A DNA stretch of 64,000 nucleotides from an uncultured Acidimicrobiales bacterium (lineage in GTDB: Bacteria > Actinomycetota > Acidimicrobiia > Acidimicrobiales > UBA10347). Shown piece by piece: positions 30,092 through 40,345 of the stretch. The DNA lies in contig CALSSD010000006.1 in NCBI GenBank assembly GCA_943788915.1, positions 124,001-188,000 on the forward strand, in the 5' to 3' direction. Below the pieces are notes generated by a model. It saw only the letters and a list, made by a program, of their open reading frames with translations. It was not told the origin of the DNA and made no database searches. The position numbers were made by a program, and so were the translations under genes. Each line of letters opens with the position of its first letter. Within the stretch, counting starts at the first letter, position 1.

Positions 30092-32434
30092 TCAGTCTGC
30101 AGCGGCGCTGACGATTGTTGGCAGATCAAACGCCGTGACCGGTGGAAGCGCATCGTCGAAACGTTCAACCTCGACCAGGCAGCTGTGAGCGCTGCTTTGT
30201 TGGGCCAACGTCGAGGTGCCGATGTCTCTCGTAAGCACGTTCGGGTTGCCGTGCACATCCATGCTCAACGGGTCGGCCGGGTCAAGCGGGTCATACCAGG
30301 CTCCGGTCGGCAGCACCACCACACCGGAACGAACCCGGTCGCTCAGCGCAACGCCGGCGAGGCATGCTCCACGATCGTTGAAGACTCGCACCACGTCGCC
30401 ATCGGCGATATTCCGGGCGGCCGCATCAACGGGGTGCATGGTGATCTTCTCACGACCCTTGATCTTGGCGTCGCGACTGGTTCGGCCGAAGTCGTACTGG
30501 CTGTGCAATCGGGTAACGGGCTGGTTCGAATTGAGCGCCAACGGGTACTGCTCGGATCGGGGGCTCCCGATGAACTCTTGTTTATCACGCCATGCAGGAT
30601 GACCGCCGCAGTCATCCAGTCCGAACGAGTCGAGCGTTTCAGAGAAGATCTCGATCTTGCCCGACGGGGTCGGAAGCGGAGCGCCGTCAGGGTCGGCCCG
30701 GAAGGCCTCGAGTACGAACGTCGCCGCTGGGATGGACTCAGGGTCGACACGAGCGCCGTGTTGCCAGAAGTCGTCGAATGCAGGCAGGTCGACGTTGGCC
30801 TTGGCTGCCCGCTTGACCGTTTGTTGCCACAGGTGTGTGAGCCACTCGCGCTCATTGCGACCTTCGGTGAATTCTTCCTCGATACCGAGTCTCTGAGCTA
30901 GGCCGCTGAACACGACATAGTCATTTCTCGCCTGCTCGAATGGCTCGAGTGCCTGGTGCATTGGTGAACCCGCCAGTTCGGCACCGCCCCATGCGAAGTC
31001 TTCGCGTTCAAGAGATGTTGTGGTCGGAAAAACGATGTCGGCATGCCGAGCAGTTGCGGTCCAGAACGGCTCATTGACGATGATGGTTTCTGGTTGACTC
31101 CACGCTTGTCGCAGTCGGTTCAGGTCCTGATGGTGGTGAAACGGGTTACCGCCGGCCCAATACACGAGCTTGATATCGGGATAGGTCAACTCTTTGCCGT
31201 TGAACGGGAACGTCTGCCCTGGTTTCGACAACAGGTCGGCGATACGAGCAACCGGGATGTAGTCCGACACCGGGTTGGTGCCCTGGGGAAGCGCTGCGAC
31301 GCTGAACGGCAGCGGGTGACGCCCCGCGAACCCATAGTTGTGGATGCAGCCGTAGCCGTAACCAACACCTAGGCCCGGCAAACCAATGTTGCCGAGCATG
31401 GCCCCCAGCACCGTGAGCATCCAATACGGCTGGTCGCCGTGTTCGGACCGTTGCAACGACCAGCTGATCGAGAGCAGGCACGGCTCGCTGGACATGCGGC
31501 GAGCGAGCGCTCGAATATGTTCGGCATCGATCTCACACAGTGATGCGGCCCAATCTGCGTCTTTCGCAACCCCGTCACTGGTGCCGGTCAGGTACTCAGC
31601 GAACCGGTCGTAGCCAACACAATGGCTGTGCAGGAAGCTCGTGTCGTGCAGGTTTTCGGTGTGCAAGGTGTGGGCGAGGCCAAGCATGAGCGCCACGTCG
31701 GAATTCGGGCGGACTGGCCACCAATCGGCTTCGAGGAAGTCGGCGACATCGTCACGAACCGGGCTGACACAAATAACATTGACTCCGGCCGCTCGCCATC
31801 CTTCGAGCTGACTCTTGGCGGTGTGATTGGTGATGCCACCCTGATTGATCTGCATGTTCTTCATGCTGATACCACCGAAACTCACCACAAGTTTGGCGTG
31901 TTCGGCCACGTCTTCAGCCGTCGGCGATTGTGTCTGTAAAAACAGTGATGGCACACCGAGCACGTGCGGAACAATGACCTGGGCGGTTCCGGTTGAGTAT
32001 GAACCGACCGACCGGGTGTAACCGCCGAGTTTGTTGAGGAACCGGTGCACCTGACTCTGTGCATGATGGAAACGCCCAGCGCTGCCCCAACCGTAGGAGC
32101 CACCAAAGATCGCCTGGTTGCCATGATCAGCAACGGTTGTACGCAGCGCCTGGGCTGCCAGGTCTAAGGCTTCGTCCCATGACACCGCGACGAATGGATC
32201 GACACCTCGCATTGTGCCGTCGCTACGTCCCTGGCTCTCCAGGTACCCACGCCGGACATACGGCTGGTCGATACGGCATCCTCGATCCTGCGAATCGAGC
32301 AACGACTGCCCAATGGGTGATGGGTTGGCATCGCCATCTGCAGGTCGGACCACTTGCACGCTTCCATCGCTGACTTCGGCGATGAAGTCACCCCAATGTG
32401 TACTTGTTGGGTAGTTGCTGGTTGCAGCGTTCAT
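30092..32434 (-). CDS. Molybdopterin oxidoreductase, DMSO/TMAO/biotin-sulfoxide reductase family (no Tat signal)
   Basis: THWG, SYGWGSAGRFHHAQ, YWAGGNPFHHHQD, RLHSQ and GNPNVLT.D motifs. Confidence 0.92.
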   Translation of the reverse strand: MNAATSNYPTSTHWGDFIAEVSDGSVQVVRPADGDANPSPIGQSLLDSQDRGCRIDQPYVRRGYLESQGRSDGTMRGVDPFVAVSWDEALDLAAQALRTTVADHGNQAIFGGSYGWGSAGRFHHAQSQVHRFLNKLGGYTRSVGSYSTGTAQVIVPHVLGVPSLFLQTQSPTAEDVAEHAKLVVSFGGISMKNMQINQGGITNHTAKSQLEGWRAAGVNVICVSPVRDDVADFLEADWWPVRPNSDVALMLGLAHTLHTENLHDTSFLHSHCVGYDRFAEYLTGTSDGVAKDADWAASLCEIDAEHIRALARRMSSEPCLLSISWSLQRSEHGDQPYWMLTVLGAMLGNIGLPGLGVGYGYGCIHNYGFAGRHPLPFSVAALPQGTNPVSDYIPVARIADLLSKPGQTFPFNGKELTYPDIKLVYWAGGNPFHHHQDLNRLRQAWSQPETIIVNEPFWTATARHADIVFPTTTSLEREDFAWGGAELAGSPMHQALEPFEQARNDYVVFSGLAQRLGIEEEFTEGRNEREWLTHLWQQTVKRAAKANVDLPAFDDFWQHGARVDPESIPAATFVLEAFRADPDGAPLPTPSGKIEIFSETLDSFGLDDCGGHPAWRDKQEFIGSPRSEQYPLALNSNQPVTRLHSQYDFGRTSRDAKIKGREKITMHPVDAAARNIADGDVVRVFNDRGACLAGVALSDRVRSGVVVLPTGAWYDPLDPADPLSMDVHGNPNVLTRDIGTSTLAQQSSAHSCLVEVERFDDALPPVTAFDLPTIVSAAAD

Positions 32435-32558
32435 GATCGTTGGAGCCTTCTTCTCTAGGGGCGAGCATGCAAACCGTCATTGGTGCAACGCGCCGCCTAC
32501 GCACAGTAGTTGCAGGGTCGAGGCGTAGCGCGCTGGAATAACGTCTAGATTTCCGGCC

Positions 32559-33740
32559 GTGGCGTACACATCTGGGTTCGGGTTCCCTTCCGACGTACTG
32601 TTCGACATGGAACGGGCCTCCCGCGTCCTTTCGAACAAATGGTTCTTCGTGGGTACTCGCGGCGATGTGCCAGCCCCACGCGACTTCTTGACCTTCGAGG
32701 TGCTCGGCGACGAGTTCATGTTGCTCCATGGTTCCGACGGTGTCATCCGGTGTTTTGTGAATCGATGCGCTCACCAAAGCGCTCGGGTCCTCAAACAGGA
32801 AACCGGAACGTGTGCCGCCAGCCTCGTATGCCCAAACCATCAGTGGAGTTACCACCTGAACTCGGGGGCGCTGCGAGCTGCGCCGATGATGGGTAGAACA
32901 TTCATGGAATCCGACGTGGCGGAACGATCGCGCTTGACCGAGATTTCGCTCCACGAGGTCGCTGGCATGTTGTTCGCCTGCCTGGATCACGATGCGGACC
33001 CAACCGACATGAACGAGGTCGGCTCGATTATCGGGCCGTACACCGATCCGTTTGCGCTTGAAGCCGGTGGCTACAAACTGGCTCATCACCATCGCGAGGT
33101 CGTGCCTGCGAACTGGCTGATGGTGATGATCAACAACCGCGAGTGTTGTCACTGCCGACAGAACCATCGAGGTTTGCTCGACCTCTTTGATCCATCGAGT
33201 TTTAACGGCGCCACCTCGGCTGCCTATGACACGATGATGGCTGACGGAATTGGGCGGTGGGAAGCTCTTGGCCGGGCATGGCAGGAACAGGCGTTCACCG
33301 CCAACGATTCAGTTCGTGTCGCTCGGTATCCGCTCGCCGAAAGCTGGAAGTCCATCACTTTTGATGGGGAACCGGCGTCGCACAAACTCATCGGCGGCTG
33401 GGATGACTACGACGCGAGCACATTGTCGATGTGGTTTAACCCGAACGCATGGGTCCACTTCACGTCCGACCACATAGCGACAAACTGGGTGCTCCCGATC
33501 GACGGTGACAGCTGCACGTTGTATTCGAGTTGGATTGTCCACGAAGACGCAGTCGAAGGTGTTGACTACGACGTCGGCCACCTGACCGAAGTGTGGCGGG
33601 TCACCAACGCCGAGGACGTCGAGTTGTGTAATTCGATGACCCGAGGTGCACAGTCCTCGTATTACGCACCGGGACCGTTTGCTCCCGACGAACAGTTCTG
33701 CACCCAGTTCTGCGACTGGTACATGCGTCACTCCGATTAG
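32559..33740 (+). CDS. Rieske oxygenase, GbcA/Stc2-like (quaternary amine demethylase type)
   Basis: CAHQ..CPNHQWSY Rieske motif, NNRECCHC..NH, and VHEDAVEGVDYD..LT.VW..TN.ED. Confidence 0.85.
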   Translation: MAYTSGFGFPSDVLFDMERASRVLSNKWFFVGTRGDVPAPRDFLTFEVLGDEFMLLHGSDGVIRCFVNRCAHQSARVLKQETGTCAASLVCPNHQWSYHLNSGALRAAPMMGRTFMESDVAERSRLTEISLHEVAGMLFACLDHDADPTDMNEVGSIIGPYTDPFALEAGGYKLAHHHREVVPANWLMVMINNRECCHCRQNHRGLLDLFDPSSFNGATSAAYDTMMADGIGRWEALGRAWQEQAFTANDSVRVARYPLAESWKSITFDGEPASHKLIGGWDDYDASTLSMWFNPNAWVHFTSDHIATNWVLPIDGDSCTLYSSWIVHEDAVEGVDYDVGHLTEVWRVTNAEDVELCNSMTRGAQSSYYAPGPFAPDEQFCTQFCDWYMRHSD

Positions 33741-33794
33741 CTGCGCTGGATTGCTGGAGCAGAGCGGGCGAGTGCTGCGCTCTAGTCTTCTTCG

Positions 33795-34520
33795 ATGTCA
33801 ACTCGTGCAATGGAACCGTCCGAATTACCCTCGGGGCTTATCGACATGGTGCGCCGCTCTACCGCTCGGCTCACCGATACGTTGCATGCTCTGCACCCGA
33901 GCGATGTTGGTGCACCTTCCCGGTTGCCGGGGTGGAGCCGGGGCCATGTGCTGACCCACCTGGCCAACAATGCCGAAGGCCTGACTCGACTGATTCTTGG
34001 GTCACAGTCCGGTCGATCACTTCCCATGTACGCATCTGTCGAGGGCCGAAATGCTGATATCGCAGCAGGAGCAACGCGGCCGGGAGGTGTGATCGTTGCC
34101 CATGCTGACCTTGCGAACTCAACACTTGCAGCGGCGATCACAAGCGTCTCAGACTGGGAGGCATCGACCGTCTTTGCGACCGTCACCGGTCCCACCGAGC
34201 GACCCATGACCGACGTGTTACGCATGCGGTTGCGAGAGGTCGTCATCCACCATGTCGACGTGGCGGCCAGTCACCGCTTCGACGACGAGGATCCCGACGT
34301 GATCCGCGAACTGGTGCGTGACGCGGCGGGGCGCTTTTCGCCCAAGAGCACCAACGCGGTCGACCTGCAGATCGATGGTGCAGCAGTCGCCACGATTACC
34401 TCGGAGGTGTCGACGGAGTCACCCGTTGTCGTCGACTTGGATGGTGGCACCATGCTGGGCTGGCTTACAGGACGGTGCGACTCTCGCTCAGACCTGCCTG
34501 AGCTGCCTCCGTGGGGATAG
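33795..34520 (+). CDS. Mycothiol-dependent maleylpyruvate isomerase family protein
   Basis: PSRLPGWSRGHVLTHLA.NA and RLREV.IHHVD motifs. Confidence 0.88.
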   Translation: MSTRAMEPSELPSGLIDMVRRSTARLTDTLHALHPSDVGAPSRLPGWSRGHVLTHLANNAEGLTRLILGSQSGRSLPMYASVEGRNADIAAGATRPGGVIVAHADLANSTLAAAITSVSDWEASTVFATVTGPTERPMTDVLRMRLREVVIHHVDVAASHRFDDEDPDVIRELVRDAAGRFSPKSTNAVDLQIDGAAVATITSEVSTESPVVVDLDGGTMLGWLTGRCDSRSDLPELPPWG

Positions 34521-34689
34521 CTGGCAGCAGTGCGGCGGAGACCTCGAACACTGAAAGGCTGCCGTCGTGGGGTGCGAGCCCACATCGATACGCGGTGGCA
34601 ACGACAAATTGGGAAGATGGTTGACGCACAGTGAAGCACGATGCGTCGGTGACGGGGCGAGGACCAACACGAGGACCCAGGCTGCTGCC

Positions 34690-34893
34690 GGCCGCCGAGT
34701 TCGATGGCATCGAGTCCGCTCGTTCTTCGGAGCTGACGGTGAAGCTGGGGCCGGCCAAGTCGTGCTGGCTATTCATGCGGTTGGCAACGATGTTGGGCAC
34801 TGTGCCCAGGACACCTGGGGCATCGAGCACAGGACTGATGGCGTCGCGAGCTGCAGCTACCCACTCGTGGGAGTGGTCCTCACTGGGTGGGGT
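34690..34893 (-). pseudogene. Fragment of a Pfa-type PKS ketosynthase/chain-length-factor domain
   Basis: Reads WVAAARDAISPVLDAPGVLGTVPNIVANRMNSQHDLAGPSFTVSSEE and, after a frameshift, GLDAIELG. There is an in-frame stop upstream. Confidence 0.65.
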
Positions 34894-34994
34894 TCAGCCA
34901 ACTGATCGAAGTTATGCGACTGACACTCGCAGGTTAACCACGAGCTCAATAAACTGCCGGTTGGGGCCGATAGTCTTCCGTGAGAGACAATTCT

Positions 34995-36287
34995 ATGGGT
35001 ATTGAAGAATACGCGTTGGACTGCCTCGGTGCAGCTCTGCTCGACGAGTCGATGGTCATCGAGGCCGTGTCCGATGGCGTGGTCTCCATCAGCGGATACT
35101 CACGGGAAAGCCTCATCGGGACACCTGGTTTGAGCCTTGTCCATCCCGACGACTCCGAGCGAGCGGGCGAGGCGATGCTCGAGTTGGTGCGAACCCAGCT
35201 GCCAACTGTCAACGGGATCTATCGGATGCGCGTTTCCGACGACACCTACAAGGATTACGCCATCCAAGCGTTGACCTGTACAGATGATGGCAGCGTAAAA
35301 ACGGTGCTTAAGTTCTCGGCAGTTTCGTTGGTGTTGCGAGCCGACGAATTCGCCCGCGACGCGGTTGACACCCTGCGACTTCTTGGCGAGGGACGTCAAC
35401 TCAATGACTGCCTTGAGCGGGTCCACCATCTGGCCGAACGTCATATCCCGGGGAACCATTTGGCAATTTCAACGGTGCAAGGTGGCGAGGTCTGGACGCA
35501 CCGCAGGGCCTCCGGACGGGCATTTTGTTGGGAACAACCCTCACAGGTACGGCCCCCCAACATCGAGCGAGCGCTCGCGAACCATCTCACAGGACCTTGG
35601 CGAGCCTTCAGCAGCATGGCGGAGTTTGAACCGACAGCGAACGGGGCTCTCATCACGTCTGTCCTGACCGATGGCGCCAACGAGCTTCTTGGTTACGTGG
35701 AAGCAACCCGCGAGTCGGTGGCCGAACCGGACGAACGTGAATGGATGGTGCACGGCCTGGTGCGTCAGGTACTCACTGCGGTGTTGCGTCGGGTTCGACT
35801 CGATGAACAACTCCGACACGCTGCGGATCACGATCCGCTCACCGGCCTGGCCAATCGCCGCCGACTTTTTAACGATATGGCGGCAGCCGACGACATAGCC
35901 GGCACATCGTTACTCCTCATCGATCTCGACCGTTTCTCTTGGATCAACAACAATCTCGGCCACGACGTTGGGGACCAGGCACTAGTAGCGGTCGCCGCCC
36001 GCCTCCGCGAGTTGTGCCCCACCGGATCCACGATTACCCGCTTCGGTGGCGACGAGTTCGTTGTATGGTTTCCGGCTCCGTTGAGCGAACTCGGCGACCT
36101 CTATCAAGCGTTGCGATCAGCGAAGATCATGCCCTCCAGCACCGGAGATCGTCGGTCCACGCTACGAAGTTCTATCGGCGCAATAACTATTCGACCAGGC
36201 GAAACTGCGGCCGAAGCCATCAAACGGGCTGACGACGCTATGTACGAAGCGAAAAGTAGTGGTGGCGACCGTATTCACATCGCCTGA
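34995..36287 (+). CDS. PAS-sensor diguanylate cyclase
   Basis: VHPDD PAS motif, then HDPLTGLANRR, DLDRF..IN..LGH..GD, RFGGDEF and ADDAMY.AK. Confidence 0.92.
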   Translation: MGIEEYALDCLGAALLDESMVIEAVSDGVVSISGYSRESLIGTPGLSLVHPDDSERAGEAMLELVRTQLPTVNGIYRMRVSDDTYKDYAIQALTCTDDGSVKTVLKFSAVSLVLRADEFARDAVDTLRLLGEGRQLNDCLERVHHLAERHIPGNHLAISTVQGGEVWTHRRASGRAFCWEQPSQVRPPNIERALANHLTGPWRAFSSMAEFEPTANGALITSVLTDGANELLGYVEATRESVAEPDEREWMVHGLVRQVLTAVLRRVRLDEQLRHAADHDPLTGLANRRRLFNDMAAADDIAGTSLLLIDLDRFSWINNNLGHDVGDQALVAVAARLRELCPTGSTITRFGGDEFVVWFPAPLSELGDLYQALRSAKIMPSSTGDRRSTLRSSIGAITIRPGETAAEAIKRADDAMYEAKSSGGDRIHIA

Positions 36288-36322
36288 TATCCGTCCCCTG
36301 CAGGTTGCAGCGAAAGGGGTGA

Positions 36323-38272
36323 ATGATGCAGTACCACCTAGATGGGTTTACGCCAGGTGATCCGGCTCTGCGGCGCGCTGTCGACGGCTTAAGCCAGCCC
36401 GAGTCAAGCGATTTGTACGAGGAGGTCGACGTACTCATCGTCGGCTGTGGCCCCGCAGGCCTGACGTTGGCAGCGCAGCTCTCCATGTTTCCCGAGATCA
36501 CCACAAGGGTTGTTGACCAGAAACTCGGGCCGCTCGAGTTTGGTCAGGCAGACGGTGTCGCATGTCGGTCCATGGAGATGTTCGAGGCGTTCGGTTTTAG
36601 CGAGCGAGTGCTTAAGGAGTCTTATTGGGTCAACGAAACCTCGTTCTGGCGGCCTGACCCAGAGGCACCAGAAACGATTGTTCGGGCCGATCGAATTCAG
36701 GATGTCGAAGATGACCTCTCGGAGTTTCCGCACACCATCTTGAGCCAGGCCCGAGTCCACGACTTCTACCTTGAGGCGATGTTGCAGTCACCTCGGCGAC
36801 TCGTTCCTGACTACGGCCGACGGTTCAGCCACCTTGTCGTAGAGAGGGACGGACCGTCGGCGGGGGAGTACCCCGTCGTTGCACACCTAGAGCGCGTGGA
36901 CCCGGGCCATGAGGGGCATGTTGAGGTCGTGCGAGCCCGCTACGTGGTTGGCTGCGACGGTGCGCGCAGTGCGGTGCGCACATCGATCGGCGTTGAGGTT
37001 CGTGGCGATGCGGCGAACAAACTCTGGGGTGTCGCCGACATGTTGGCGGTAACCAACTTCCCTGACATCAGACTCAAGTCGGCTATCCAATCGTCGAACA
37101 ATGGCAGCGTGCTTGTCATCCCCCGTGAAGGGGGATACCTGTTTCGCATGTACACCGAACTGGGTGAACTTGAGCCGGGTGAACGGGCAAGTGATCGAGA
37201 AATCACGCCTGATGACATCATCGCTGCCGCACAAAATGTCCTTCATCCGTACACCCTGGACGTGAAGGAAGTGTCGTGGTGGTCCGTGTACGAGATCGGG
37301 CAGCGGCTGTCCGAAACATTCGAGGAGTCAACCCCATCTGGCGCAGATGACGGGCCGCGGGTTTTCATCACTGGCGATGCATGCCATACCCACAGCCCGA
37401 AGGCGGGCCAGGGCATGAACGTGTCGATGGCAGACAGCTTCAACCTGGGGTGGAAGCTGGCATCGGTGGTGCTGGGCATGGCCACACCTGAGCTCCTCGA
37501 GACCTATTCCGTCGAACGACAGAGCATCGCCCAAGAGCTCATCGACTTCGATCGGGCCATGGAGACACTCTTTGCTGCCAGGGCCACCACCACAACCGAA
37601 GCCGGTGAGGCGAAGGCACAGCAGGCACAGTTCCAGGAATACTTCACCAAACACGCTCGATTCACCGCTGGAGTGGAGACCACGTATGAAACGTCGCTGA
37701 TTACAAACGCCCCTGTCCACCAACACCTAGCGGCCGGCATGACTATCGGCAAACGGTTCCACTCCGAGGCAGTGATCCGTCTGGCTGATGCCAAGTCGAT
37801 GCACCTCGGCCACACGATCAAGGCCGATGGCCGATGGCGGATCTTTGCCTTCGCCGACGGGGACGACCCCACCAATCCTGCGTCACGGCTTGCAGCACTC
37901 TGCCACTTCTTGGAGGCGAACCCGGATTCTCCGGTGAATCGTTACACACCCGCAGATTGCGATATCGACTCGGCGATCGATGTCCGTGCCGTATGCCAGC
38001 AACGCCACCGAGACCTTGCCGTTGATGGCATGCCTTCGTTTCTTCTGCCCCGCAAGGGCCGGTTCGGACTCATTGACTACGAAAAGATCTTCTGCCCTGA
38101 TCTGCAGCATGGGCCCGACATCTTTGACAGCCGACGAATTGACCGGACGAAGGGTTGCGTCATTGTCGTGCGGCCTGATCAGCACGTGGCCCACATCCTG
38201 CCCCTCGACGCACATGATGAACTTGCTGACTTCTTTGTCCGGTTCATGGTGCCGGTCGCCTCTGCCCACTGA
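36323..38272 (+). CDS. FAD-dependent phenol/3-hydroxybenzoate hydroxylase family monooxygenase
   Basis: GCGPAG, GQADG, GCDGARS and GDACHTHSPKAGQGMN motifs, plus a C-terminal thioredoxin-like VRPDQHV. Confidence 0.92.
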   Translation: MMQYHLDGFTPGDPALRRAVDGLSQPESSDLYEEVDVLIVGCGPAGLTLAAQLSMFPEITTRVVDQKLGPLEFGQADGVACRSMEMFEAFGFSERVLKESYWVNETSFWRPDPEAPETIVRADRIQDVEDDLSEFPHTILSQARVHDFYLEAMLQSPRRLVPDYGRRFSHLVVERDGPSAGEYPVVAHLERVDPGHEGHVEVVRARYVVGCDGARSAVRTSIGVEVRGDAANKLWGVADMLAVTNFPDIRLKSAIQSSNNGSVLVIPREGGYLFRMYTELGELEPGERASDREITPDDIIAAAQNVLHPYTLDVKEVSWWSVYEIGQRLSETFEESTPSGADDGPRVFITGDACHTHSPKAGQGMNVSMADSFNLGWKLASVVLGMATPELLETYSVERQSIAQELIDFDRAMETLFAARATTTTEAGEAKAQQAQFQEYFTKHARFTAGVETTYETSLITNAPVHQHLAAGMTIGKRFHSEAVIRLADAKSMHLGHTIKADGRWRIFAFADGDDPTNPASRLAALCHFLEANPDSPVNRYTPADCDIDSAIDVRAVCQQRHRDLAVDGMPSFLLPRKGRFGLIDYEKIFCPDLQHGPDIFDSRRIDRTKGCVIVVRPDQHVAHILPLDAHDELADFFVRFMVPVASAH

Positions 38273-38335
38273 CCACATTCGTGCAGGCGAACCATCAAGG
38301 TAGGACGATCGATCCGACAGGGGTTCGACGGAGCT

Positions 38336-39205
38336 TCAGAATCGTGGTGTCGCTCCGTGCGCGATGATGGTCCTGGCAGCAAGATGGTGCGCAGCAGCTA
38401 CAGCTGCTGCCTGCGAACCTGCACGTTGAAACTTCGTTACCAAGAACCCGGCGGCGAACGCATCGCCGGCACCAGTGGTATCGACGACATCGTCAACGGG
38501 TGCGACCGGGTAGGTGTCCACGCCCGCGTCCGAGTAGACCACGGTCGCCTCCGCGCCTTGTTTGATAATCGTTACCGTTGCGAGCCGATCAGGTTGAGTG
38601 ATACGAAGCAGTTCGGCTTCGTCGTGGTTGCAGAACAGGTAGTCGGGGGCGATCCGCTCGATCAAATCGCGAGCGGCACCGACCCCGGCGTCAGCGATTG
38701 CACCGGTGGAGGAGGCATCGAGTGAGATACCGACGTTATGGCCCCGAGCACCGTCCAACATTTCCAGGGTCGTTGCTCGCATGGGATCGGCCAGCAGGGA
38801 ATACATCGGCACGTGTACCACCGCGGTGTGCAGCAGCCATCCGTCCGGAGCCGATGTCAGATCGCCAGCTGAACCTCGGTCGGTAAGAAAAGAACGTTCA
38901 GCGTTGCCATCGACGACAGCCACAATCGAACCAGACCGCCCTGATCTGGTGACGGCTATCTCGACGCCGGCGGTGCTGAGCTGAGCGAGGAGATGGTCAC
39001 CAAGCAGATCGTGTCCCACATTTCCGACGTACCGGGCTGTCCCTCCGAACAAAGCCGCAGCGACCGCGACGTTGGCTGCGCTTCCGCCACGGTGGCGTTC
39101 AACCCGAGCGGGGGAGTCAGTGCCCACCCGGACGCCTTCAGGTGCGTAGACAATGACGTCCTCGACAAGATCCCCGACACACGTGATTACAACCTCTTCT
39201 GTCAT
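38336..39205 (-). CDS. PfkB-family carbohydrate kinase
   Basis: GGSAANVA and VDTTGAGDAFAAG motifs. Confidence 0.92.
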   Translation of the reverse strand: MTEEVVITCVGDLVEDVIVYAPEGVRVGTDSPARVERHRGGSAANVAVAAALFGGTARYVGNVGHDLLGDHLLAQLSTAGVEIAVTRSGRSGSIVAVVDGNAERSFLTDRGSAGDLTSAPDGWLLHTAVVHVPMYSLLADPMRATTLEMLDGARGHNVGISLDASSTGAIADAGVGAARDLIERIAPDYLFCNHDEAELLRITQPDRLATVTIIKQGAEATVVYSDAGVDTYPVAPVDDVVDTTGAGDAFAAGFLVTKFQRAGSQAAAVAAAHHLAARTIIAHGATPRF

Positions 39206-39330
39206 AGAAGAGTCTTATCGGGTCTGGCCCAGAGTCCGACCATTGGCAGAGTTCCGTGGAGAGACTCGGCGGTCGAGTTCGGTCAGCTACCGTCGGTCGT
39301 CCGTCGAGCCATTTGAAGCTGGAGCCCCCA

Positions 39331-40311
39331 ATGTCACAACCCGTCGTGCTGATCACCTCGGCCACAGGCCGTATCGGCAAGGAACTGGTCGCCCGTTTGT
39401 CACAGACCGGCGAGTTCACGGTGCGAGCGTGTTTGTTCAGTCCGGGCAAGGCCGATGACCTGCGTACGCTCGGCGCCGACGAGGTTGTCCACTTCGATCT
39501 GAACGATGCAACCACGTGGGGTGCAGCCCTCGACGGCGTGTCTGCGGTGTACTCGGCGTCGCTCGACCCGATGCTGGAAGGACACCTGGCCTTTAGCAAA
39601 GCCCTAGGTGAGCGGTCCGACCAGATCAACCACGTAGTGCGCATCAGCTGTATGGGTGCCGATGCCAACACCGCTTCTTACGACCCAGATAAACACTCGT
39701 CGCGACAGGGTGCTTCGATCCCGCTGATGTTGCAGCACTACTGGTGGGGCGAGAAGGCACTGATTGATGCAGGGCTTAATGTCACGGTGTTGCGCAACAA
39801 CTTCTTTATGAATCATCTGCTCAAGACCGACAGCGAAACGATCGATAAGGAGGGATGGTTCAGTAATCCTCTTGGATCGGCACGAAACTCATTTGTGGCA
39901 ACGCGCGACATCGCTGAAGCGGCTGCTGTTGTGCTTCGAGAGGGCCCGGATACCCATGCCAACAAGTTCTATGACCTGACCGGTCCCGAACCCCAGACTA
40001 TGGCCGAGATCGCCGCCGACCTGGGCGCAGCGATGGGCAAGACCATCGAGTACCGGGCCCAGACGATGGAAGACTTCGAGAAAGATTTCGGCAGCACCCG
40101 GGCCGAGTTTTTCGAGTATCTCTCGAACGGTTTCTACTGCCGATGCAGCCCAGATTTCTACAACGTGACCGGCCACAAGCCCACGTCGTACGCCGACTAT
40201 CTAACAACCCCCGGAGCCAGCGGTGAAACCGGCCTGGAAGAACTGTGGCAGGGCAACTTGTGGAAGAAGGGCGAAGACGCCATGAAGGCCGCCGCGGAAG
40301 TCACCCAGTAA
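39331..40311 (+). CDS. NmrA-like atypical SDR
   Basis: TSATGRIG, LRNNFFM, RDIAE and LTGPE motifs. Confidence 0.85.
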   Translation: MSQPVVLITSATGRIGKELVARLSQTGEFTVRACLFSPGKADDLRTLGADEVVHFDLNDATTWGAALDGVSAVYSASLDPMLEGHLAFSKALGERSDQINHVVRISCMGADANTASYDPDKHSSRQGASIPLMLQHYWWGEKALIDAGLNVTVLRNNFFMNHLLKTDSETIDKEGWFSNPLGSARNSFVATRDIAEAAAVVLREGPDTHANKFYDLTGPEPQTMAEIAADLGAAMGKTIEYRAQTMEDFEKDFGSTRAEFFEYLSNGFYCRCSPDFYNVTGHKPTSYADYLTTPGASGETGLEELWQGNLWKKGEDAMKAAAEVTQ

Positions 40312-40345
40312 TGAACCCGGCCGTGATTCTTGCTCCGGGTCTCCT

